DNA of 64,000 nucleotides from contig OX597834.1 in NCBI GenBank assembly GCA_951406725.2, positions 19,840,001 to 19,904,000 on the forward strand. Reading direction: 5' to 3'. Each line of letters starts with the position of its first letter. Position 1 is the first letter of the stretch. Shown one piece after another: positions 53,686 through 64,000 of this stretch. The translations under genes were made by a program, and so were the position numbers. This DNA comes from Octopus vulgaris (Eukaryota). Under the pieces are notes generated by a model, which was not told the origin of the DNA, searched no databases, and saw only the letters and a program-made list of their open reading frames with translations.

Positions 53686-54821
53686 GGATTTGAAACCAGA
53701 GTGTGAAGGACTGTAACTAAATACTACAAGGCATTTTGCACCAAGTTCTAACTAGCACTATGTCACAGCCTGCTCATAAAATTAACATGCAAGTGGTTGA
53801 GTATTCCACAGATGTGTACTCTTAACAGAGAGATTCAGTGTGACACAGAATGTGACAAGGCTGACCCCTTTGAATCACAGGTAGAACTCATTGTGAGCAA
53901 TGAGAAATAAAGTGTCTTGCCCAAGGACACAATGCACCACTGTGAATTGAACTCACAACCTTACAATCGTTAGCCAAATACCCTAACCACTGACCACTGG
54001 TTTTCTGCGGTTGGATGCCCTTCCTAATCCTTCAAGCACTTTACAGAGTCCCCTGCATGCTTTTCTTTTCTCCATTTTTGTGTTATTGGCACCCGTGAGG
54101 CTGCCACGAAACTTGCGAGACATAAATGGAGGAAAAAGGAAGGGCAAAGCTACCGCTATCATCTCCCCTCCTCCTCGTCATCGTCGTCATCATCACCATC
54201 TTTTAACGTCCGTTTTCCATGCTGGCATGGGTCAGATTGTTTGACCAGAGGTGGTAAGGCCTGTGATCCCTTCACTATCGTGGGTGTTATGTTCCAAAAC
54301 CTCCCCATGCTAGGCGAAAATCTGTGAAGTAGAAACAATACTGTATTGTATATTTTTTTTAATTGTTTTTATAATTTGTATATATTTATTTTATCATAAA
54401 TGCAACACACCACGGAGGAATCAACGTAAGCTTAAATAATAAACCATGATATGGCTAGGGATTACTTTACCAGTAAATTTATTTTATCACTTATAAAAGG
54501 GCACTGTTAACCTCAGTGGGATTTGAAACCAGAGTGTGAAGGACAGTAACAAAATACTACAAGGCATTTTGCACCAAGTTCTAACTAGCACTATATCACA
54601 GCCTGCTCATAAAATTAACATGCAAGTGGTTGAGTATTCCACAGATGTGTACTCTTAACAGAGAGATTCAGTGTGACACAGAATGTGACAAGGCTTTGAA
54701 TTACAGGTAGAACTCATTGCGAACAATGTGAAATAAAGTGTCTTGCCTAAGGACACAATGCACCACTGTGAATTGAACTCACAACCTTACAATCACTAGC
54801 CAAATACCCTAACCACTGACC
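53686..54821. repeat. ~310-bp local direct duplication of a composite SINE segment
   Basis: GGGATTTGAAACCAGAGTGTGAAGGAC...CCCTAACCACTGACC at ~53686-53995 and ~54518-54821. Confidence 0.9.
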
Positions 54822-55182
54822 CACATGTAATCACCTGCCAATCTCTGTTAATTCTGCAAATCCATTATCCAATTTAATTGTTATTTAACTAACGAGTCTC
54901 AGGTACTGAAATTGCTGTGTGGAAAACCTAGAAGTATTCAGCTGTGTTCCTCTCCATTCTGAGTTCAAATCTGGCTAAAGTTGGCTTAAATTTTCATCCC
55001 TCCGGGGTTAGTAAAATAAGTGCCACTTTTATGCTGCAGTAATCGAATTTACTTTAGTGATTAGATTCCTTCCTCGTTAAAGAAATTTGTGGCTTAATGC
55101 CAACATTTGCTATCATTGTGAATACGAATTGTAATAACGATTCTAATAATGTTTATAACAATATCAATCACAATGGTGGTGG

Positions 55183-55213
<31 letters not shown>

Positions 55214-55504
55214 GGTAATGTAACTATCAGTGGGGATGGTAGTGATGATGGTGATGACGATGATGATGATGAAAATAAGGTCAGTTATAACGATGATGGT
55301 GTTGCTGATGCTAGTGATGGTGGTAGTGATGATGATAACAACTGTTGATGGTAGCGGCAGTGAGGATGATGATGTTGATAATGATGGTGATGATGATGAT
55401 GATGGTGATGATGATGAGGATGATGATGATGCTAATGCTAGTGATGATAGTGTTTGTAGTGGTGGCAGTGGAGGTGATGATGGCAGAAGTCATGATGAAT
55501 ATGA

Positions 55505-55830
55505 AAGCGCGTGGCTTAGTGGTTAGGGTGTTCAGCTCATGATCATAAGGCCATGAGTTCAATTCTGCGCAGTACATTGTATCCTTAAGCAAGACACTTT
55601 AATTCGTGTTGCTCCAGTTCACTCAGCCAGCAAAACTGAGTTGTACCAGAAATTCAAAGGGGCCAGCTTTTCCCACATTCTGCATCATGCAGAATCTCCC
55701 TGGGAACTACCATGAGTGTACATGTGTCTGTGGAGTACTCAGCCACTTGCCTGATATTTTCATGAGCAGGCTGTTCTGTCAATTAAGATTAACTAGAACC
55801 CTAATTGTTATAACCGACAGAGAACCAGTT
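55505..55830 (+). mobile_element. tRNA-derived SINE family D
   Basis: GCGCGTGGCTTAGTGGTTAGGGTG..GAGTTCAATTC..CCTTAAGCAAGACACTT; related copies at ~4560-4775 (-), 22740-22975 (+), 48750-49075 (-) and 57020-57115 (+). Confidence 0.75.
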
Positions 55831-56355
55831 TTACTTTTTTTTAGTCATTTGATACCATTGGTGATGATGATGATGATTTCCATGGTAACAATGATGACGG
55901 TGCTGGTAGTGCATCTGGTGGGGATGACAATAATGATGATGACAGCGATGGTGCTTACAACTGTTGTTGTTATTTTATAATTATCCCCTTAGAATAAAAG
56001 CAACAATACCAGAAAAACAAAAACAAAACCCTAGAAAAAAACTGAATAAACAATTGATCTGATATTTTCCTATTATCTTGTCTTCCTTCGGTTCTGTTGG
56101 TTTTTACAAGGTTTTTATGATCCAATTCACATGAGGAATAGGATATCTAGGTTAGAATCCAGCTCTAAATAAATGGAGAAATCTTACTTGGGAACTGGAT
56201 CCAAAACCAGATTTTCTTTTGTTTTCTTATTTTAAGATTTTTTTCTGTTTTTTTTTTTTTTGCTTTTTATGATGTTGAAAACCCACCAACACATCCTTAC
56301 TCACGACTTATGCATATATACACATATGTACATACATACATACTTACATACATAT

Positions 56356-56411
<56 letters not shown>

Positions 56412-56413
56412 TT

Positions 56414-56445
<32 letters not shown>

Positions 56446-56658
56446 GCATAGGTGCACATGCAGAAATGTATATATAAATGGGTGTGTGCATCTATATATT
56501 TATATGTGGGAGAGGGGAGTGTGTATAAATATATGTACATATACACTATACATATTCATACATCCATATACATACATATGCACACACATGCACATATATA
56601 TATATGTATATATATATACATGTGTTTGTACATATGCATATATATATATATAAATATC

Positions 56659-56690
<32 letters not shown>

Positions 56691-57123
56691 GATATATACA
56701 TATTTATATACATATAAATATATAGATAGATAGATAAATGGGTAGATAGATAGATAGATAGATAGATAGATATCAGATGTAGGCCAGTGAAATATGTTTA
56801 GAGTTCACGTGATAGAAAATAATATGCTATTTTATCCGATACTGTCCAGGATCAGCCATAGACTACAACTGTTTTCAAGTGGAAACATGATATTACTTAC
56901 AATTATTCTGTATTCATCCTAAGAAACATTGATTTCAGTTTTATTTTCTGTCTTTTTTTATTTTATTTTATTGTTGTTTTCTATAAGTCTCATGACTGAG
57001 TTGTAAATATATTTGGTGGCTTAATGCTTAGTGCGTTGGACTCATGATCGTAAGATTGTGGTTTCATCTCCTGGACAGGGTGATGCACTGTGTTCTTGAA
57101 CAAAAACACTTAATTTCCTGTTC

Positions 57124-57395
57124 TATATTTAAGAAATGAGGAATTATGTACCATATTTACATTATTTTCATTTGACGGATATTTGTCCTCATCTTGTTTG
57201 TTGTTAACGTTTCAGCTGATAAACCCTCCAGCCTTCATTAGGTGTCTTGGGGTGATGTTGTTGTTATTATTATCATTATTACTATTATTATTATTATTAT
57301 TATCATCATTAATATTATTCAGGTCACTACCTGGAATCGAACTCGGAATCTTGGGGTTAGTAGTCCGCACTCTTAACCACTATGCCATATGTCCC
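57124..57395 (-). mobile_element. tRNA-headed SINE-like element carrying a degenerate hammerhead
   Basis: A box TGGCATAGTGG (57377-57387), B box GAGTTCGATTCC (57333-57344), (ATA)n, then CUAAUGA-A-GGCUG(gaggguuuau)CAGCU-GAAACGUU at 57206-57241. Confidence 0.6.
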
Positions 57396-58964
57396 TGGGC
57401 ATATGGCATAGTCCCGAACAGTTTCAAAAGACACCAAGACTTCAACTCATGGATCATTCCAAGGTGATGACTTTGCAGGAAAGTTACTCTGGATATTTCA
57501 GTCTCTATCCAGCAAGTTGTTTCAGCTGTCACCTTCCTACCTTGTTAATTAACATGTCCCAATGGCGATATTGTCCGAACCTTTGTCACCACTGATATAT
57601 CCCATGATGCCAATGTATTATGTCATCTCTATGGGACTGGTCCGAATGGTGTACCTTCGCTGACTGCCCTTACTGATTGTATCAGTCCACTATTTATTAG
57701 TAGTGGACCAGCTCACTTCTTGCCTGGGGGCATCCACCACAGCATTAACCAAAAGTGGGAGGTCACAGCAAAGATTTTCATTAGTTGAATTCTGCATTCT
57801 GTCACCTGTTGATTATTAAAGCCATCTGGAGCACCTGAGTGTTGCAGCCCTTAATCTTTTTATACTCAACCATTTTGCATTTAAACTGGCTATATCTGAC
57901 CTGTTTTATGTTCAAACTGGCCAGATCCAGCCTCTCACACCTACCCTACAATCTTAATCTAAAAATAAGCAGTCATGCAATTGAAATCACAAATCTTAAT
58001 CAAGCACCATGAGGGAAGGCATGCAAGCGAAATATCTTTCACAAAACATTTTCAAATAGGAGAAAAAAAATGATTAATAATTTTTTTTTTCTAAAACTGA
58101 GATGGGAGCTGAACTTAAGCATTGCCATGGGTCATTTTTATTCACAAGACATACATATATTTGACACTCATAGATCAGAAGAAATATGGCTGCTGTTTTT
58201 AGCAGATTGAGAAGCCACATAGAGACTCCCTAATTGGTTCTCTTTGTGTTGTTTCGTGTGTTTGGAGATTGAGATAGTTTTTCAATAAAATGTAGCAAAA
58301 AACTAATTTCCCTGGTGGACAGCAGAAAATGAAAGTTGAGTCACAGAGGAAATCAAACCATGTTTGTTTTGTCAAATGTCTGACAGTTTGTCTCAGGGAT
58401 ATTCTGGAAAAAAAAAAAGTCGCTATGTGCATGCATGCATCTGTGTGTGTATGTGCACATGTGTATGTGTGTGTGTGTTTTTTGACAAGTGTAAGTGATG
58501 GCTATTACATTTTAAAGTTTCTGCCGGAGTCTGAGTTTGGGAAATGTTTTTAGAACTGAATTGCATCATGGAGGGGGAATTATTAAAATTCCTTGTTGCA
58601 AAGCATGCTGGGAACTATTACTTTTCTGCAAAATGTAATTGAATTTTATTTTATAATAATAATAATAATAATAATAGTCCTTTCTACTATAGGCACAAGG
58701 CCTGAAATTTTGCAGGAGGGGACTAGTTGATTATGTTGACCCCAGTCTTTCACTGGTACTTAGTTTGTCGACCCTGAATGGATGGAAAGCAAACTCAACC
58801 TCTAGTCGAACCGTCCAATCCATGCTAGCATGGAAAACAGACGTTAAACGATGATGAGGATGATGATGATGATGATAGTTGAAATTTACAGAAAAACAAA
58901 TGACGAAGACAGATGTATAAACAACAAACAGATGTATAGTTTAATGCTCAGGAAGGTGAGAAAG

Positions 58965-59002
58965 TCTTTTACGTTTCGAGCCTATGCTCTTCAACAGAAA
59001 GA
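58965..59002 (-). ncRNA. Minimal type I hammerhead with A6U substitution (probably degenerate)
   Basis: UCUUU-CUGUUGA-A-GAGC(auag)GCUC-GAAACGUA-AAAGA. Confidence 0.62.
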
Positions 59003-59057
59003 AACATGAGGAAATAAACAGAGAGAGAATAAAAAAGGCTTTTGAAGCTAGCAGTCA

Positions 59058-59129
<72 letters not shown>

Positions 59130-60216
59130 GTGTGTGTCTATGTGAGTGTGTGTATATAAGTATGTATATATGTGTGTCACTCTTTGTGTCAGTATTGGCC
59201 CCCCCCCCACCATCACTAGACAACCAATGTTGGTGTGTTTACATCCCCATAATTTAGTGGTTTAGCAAAGAAAATCGATACAATAAGTAGAGGCTTACAA
59301 AGTCCTGGGGGGTGATTTCTTCTTCTAAAATCCTTTAAGGCTATGCTCCAGCATGGCTGCAGTCAAATGACTTAAACAAATACAAGAATAAAAGGAAAAC
59401 AAAAATTATGCAGAGCTGTAGTTGGATTTGAACTCGGATCATTGTGGCCCTAAACTATTCACAACTACAATGAACACATCTACAACTATGAATCTCCACT
59501 GCTTCTGTTCCTTGTTCCTTCATTAAAGACCAACTTTTATCTGTCTACCAACACTGCAAATCGACATTAGAATGGAAGAAAGGAAACGGAAAATTTCTCC
59601 CCACAAGCATTACGATGACTACAGCAATAATGGCAACAATGACGATAGCCATAATGAACAGCTAAATACAAGAAATCTGTTTGCTTTTCGAAATCTAAGG
59701 CAGCAGCTTTCGGAAGATGCGATCTGTAATGTTATATGTGACAATTCTATAGACGTGATGGCAAAGTCATTTGTCTCTATCACTGTTATTATTTCGAATC
59801 TTGTAATATTCAGCTTTCAGCATTGAAGCATTGACGAGAGATTTATTATTTGTATATCTGAACATCTTATCAACTAGAAATAACAATGGACAAGGAAGAT
59901 TTCATAGAAGTAGTTTTTATTATAGGCACACACCTACACACACGCATAAATAAATATAAATATATATATATATATATGTGTGTATATATATATATATATC
60001 AATATATACACACAAATATATAACAGTGTGTGTGTGTGTATAGATATATATATATATATACTTATGCATATATATATAAATATATACACATAGATATAGC
60101 TGTGTGCATATATATATGGATATATATATACACACACATAGATATAACTGTGTGTGTGTATATATAATATATACACATACATACACATGCTTATACATAC
60201 AATTTTATATATAGTA

Positions 60217-60405
<189 letters not shown>

Positions 60406-60412
60406 CTATATT

Positions 60413-60443
<31 letters not shown>

Positions 60444-60491
60444 GGGGGAAGAGAGTAAAAGTATGTGTAGATGTACATGTTTATACATATG

Positions 60492-60534
<43 letters not shown>

Positions 60535-61550
60535 ATGTATATATGCATATGTATGTGCATGTGTGTGTGTGTGTGTGTGCATGTGTATTGCTGCTATGTC
60601 ATATTATCAGTGGCCATTTAGGAATTATTCAGAGTTGAGTTATTGTGTGAAGACTGGAAATTAATACAAAAGAGCAAGATAATTCATTGTACAATATCAA
60701 TTATAAGAGCTGATATCGTACACCGAAACATTTTGTTATCTCAACACCACTATGTGCATGCACGTGTACATCGACATATATATTTGTGCATGTGCATCTA
60801 CATATATTTGTATGTATGTGTGTGCGTGTATGTATATGCATATATAGTTAGAATTTAGAAACCTTGAGGGAGCTTGAAATAATTTATTTTTAACTGTAGA
60901 CCTCCATGTAGATAAAGTCATAAACGATATAAATAAATATAAATAATTGGTTAAAAACCCATTTTTGGATATGAGCAACCTTTGTCTTTTTCTTTCCAAA
61001 ACAATTTATTTATGTGGTGTTATTCATAGCTTTTTTTCTAATTTAAAGTCAGGGGTTAAAAATAAATTATTTTCATCTATATATTTGTCCCCCACTACTA
61101 CTTGAGAACCAGTATTGGTGTGTTTATGTCGCTGTAAGATAGCAACAAAAAAAAAAAAATTATCAAGTGGCTGTGTGGTAATTTGCTTGCTTAGGAACCA
61201 CATGATTCCAGGTTCAATCCCACAGCTCAGCACCTTGGGCAAGTGTCTTCTACTATAGCCTCGGGCCGACCAAAGCCTTGTGAGTGGATATGGTTGGCAG
61301 AAACTGAAAGAAGCCCATCATATATATGTATATATATATATGTGTGTGTATATGTTTGTGTGTCTGTGTTTGTCCCCCCAACATCGCTTGACAACCGATG
61401 CTGGTGTGTTTACGTCCCTGTAACTTAGTGGTTCGGCAAAAGAGACCGATAGAATAAGTACTAGGCTTACAAAGAATAAATCCTGGTGTCAATTTGCTCG
61501 ACTAAAAGGTGGTGCTCCAGCATGGCCACTGTGTAATGACTGAAACAAGT

Positions 61551-61640
61551 AGTCACCAATCTAAGTGCTTACAAGGCTTGACGTTGCTTAACTCTGGTGA
61601 TCAAATGAGGGCCGGCTTTAAACGTGATATGGCTGTTAGC
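61551..61640 (-). pseudogene. 5S rRNA pseudogene, 3'-truncated
   Basis: GCTAACAGCCATATCACGTTTAAAGCCGGCCCTCATTTGATCACCAGAGTTAAGCAACGTCAAGCC...ACTTAGATTGGTGAC matches roughly nt 1-90 of 5S. Confidence 0.78.
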
Positions 61641-63431
61641 ATTGTCACCTTGTATTTTATTTATGGTGAGCTGCTGAATAGAACAACCAGTCATTGAACT
61701 ATGATGAGGATGTGATATCAGGGATCTATCTCTTGTCAGTTTGTAATGTCTGCTGCTGAAGAGGAGATAACCACTTTGAAATGCATGGGTGCAACAGTCT
61801 GGTAAGAGGATGTTGTGAACTGACTTGATGTATTTTCTCAAAGACAAAATACAGTGACTGGCTCTCTTGTAGATTCAAATATGCCTCAAGCATATTTCTG
61901 TGTGTGTGTGTATATATGTGTGTGTGTGTGTGTTTCTGTCTGTTGCCTCTCTCCTTGCCTTACTGCCTGACATCTGATGTTGGTTTGTTTACATCACTGT
62001 GACTTGGTATTCTGTCAGATACACCGATAGAATAAGTAACAAAATTTTTTCTTAAAAAAAGTACAAACATCAGTATGTTGGATTAAACCTGACACAGAAA
62101 TGCCCCAGCATGACCACAGTCCAATGCCTGAAACAAAAAAGAGACATCTTTTTTATATTGTATTCTTTTACTGGTGTTACTCATTGGATAGCAGCCATTC
62201 TCAGCAACAACTCATGAGGAATTTAATCAAACAATTGATTAAATAAAACAGTAAAAGAAAGGAAGAATATGTTAGTGTGTGCATTTATGTTTGTATGTAT
62301 GTGTGCATGTGTGAGTTGTGTGCATGTGCACAGGTGGACATGTGTGCATATGTGTGTACATAAGTGTTGTGCTGATAGAACATCATCATCATCATCGTTT
62401 AACGTCTGTTCTCCATGCTAGCATGGGTTGGACGGTTCGACCGGGGATCTGGGAAGCCAGAAGGCTGCACCAGGCTCCAGTCTTATCTGGCAATGTTTCT
62501 ACAGCTGGATGCCCTTCCTAACGCCAACCACTCCGTGAGTGTAGTGGGTGCTTTTTACGTGCCACCCGCACAGGTGCCAGATAATTCTCGAAGCATCAGT
62601 GACTAATTTTGAAGTTTTATTTATGATTTTTTTAGTTGTTTTGGGTTTATTTTTTTCTATTTTATTTTTTCCTCCATGAAATGTCGCCGTCTGTAATGGC
62701 AATAATAAAGACCGCAACACAAAATAATAGCCGACAGCAACATCTGTATTTTAATATCACATCCTTCTTGTCTACACAGCTTGATCTAAGAATTAGAGAT
62801 GTGTATAGACTTAGTCCTGCTATTACTACTATTGTTTACAAAGATGATGATGATGATGATGGTGGGAAGAAGAGCAAGGAGGGGAACAAATTGATGGTGG
62901 AACTGTTGACATTATTTGATCTTTGTGAGCATACAGAGCTTATAAGCATGTATGTAAGTATATATATACATACACATGCACACACATATCTATATATATA
63001 TCACTGATGTTTTCAGGTGATTACAGTCCCTGTCAATACACATGTGTACAATTATGTGCTTTAACTACAGTATTAGAGCATTTTTAGCTCTTATTTCTAG
63101 CATTGTAGGTGTTCTGACACCCTTATTCACATTTAGTGACAATTGTAGTTTTCCTTTTGAGTATTACATTGCACACAGCTCTCTATATTAATTTCACATA
63201 TATATATATTACTCTTTTATTTTTATACTCTTTTACTTGTTTCAGTCATTTGACTGCGGCCATGCTGCAGCACCACCTTTAGTCAAGCAAATCGACCCCA
63301 GGACTTATTCTTCGTAAGCCTAGTACTTATTCTATCGGTCTCTTTTGCTGAACCGCTAAGTTACGGGGACATAAACACACCACCATTGGTTGTCAAGCGA
63401 TGTTGGGGGGACAAACACAGACACACAAACT

Positions 63432-63481
<50 letters not shown>

Positions 63482-63675
63482 TACGACAGGCTTCTTTCAG
63501 TTTCCGTCTACCAAATCCACTCACAAGGCTTTGGTCGGCCCAAGGCTATAGTAGAAGACACTTGCCCAAGGTGCCATGCAGTGGGACTGAATCCGGAACC
63601 ATGTGGTTGGTTAGCAATATATATTAATCATATATATTTGTGTATATATATTTATGAGTGTGTGTGTGTGTGTGT

Positions 63676-63706
<31 letters not shown>

Positions 63707-63908
63707 TTTTACTCTTTTACTCGTTTCAGTCATTTGGCTGTGGCCATGCTGGAGCACTGCCTTTTAGTCGAGCAAATCAACCCCAGGGCTTATTCTTCGG
63801 AAGACTAGTACTTATTCTATCAATCTCTTTTGCCAAACCGCTAAGTTACGGAGACATAAACACACCTCAAGCGATGTTGAGGGGACAAACACAGACACAC
63901 AAACATAT

Positions 63909-63940
<32 letters not shown>

Positions 63941-64000
63941 GAATATATACAACGGGCTTCTTTGGTTGACCCGAGGCTATAGTAAAAGACATTTTGCCAA

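Noticed and set aside
55097-55592. Asp/Gly-rich and Met/Val-rich ORFs
   Set aside because: Degenerate (GAT/GGT)n microsatellite running into a SINE head.
59572-59826. 84-aa ORF MEERKRKISPH...
   Set aside because: No clear splice signals or recognisable motif; it cannot be distinguished from chance.

Overview
This is a very AT-rich, repeat-saturated eukaryotic non-coding region, not a prokaryotic window. The SINE families resemble those I know from Octopus, so a cephalopod origin is an inference. Nearly all ORFs in the supplied track are artefacts of TA/CA/TAT/CAT microsatellites or SINEs. Supportable features: an internally deleted Gypsy (Mag-like) LTR element with both LTRs, PBS, PPT and TSD, nested in a hAT remnant; three non-autonomous Helitrons and a HINE; two mariner pseudogenes and two MITEs; the 3' end of a Dong/R4-type REL-endonuclease LINE; many SINEs; and two 5S rRNA pseudogenes. 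The most notable signal is a set of short insertions, mostly next to (TA)n or other simple repeats and often fold-back, that carry minimal type I hammerhead ribozyme folds of about five unrelated sequence families. One is canonical and sits in a ~150-nt G.U-rich rod, one has a G3:C8 compensatory core, and one follows a tRNA-type Pol III head. All copies downstream of 15 kb are antisense to a series of candidate phase-0 alternative first exons on the + strand, whose gene I cannot identify. All structures were read by eye; nothing was folded, aligned or searched computationally.
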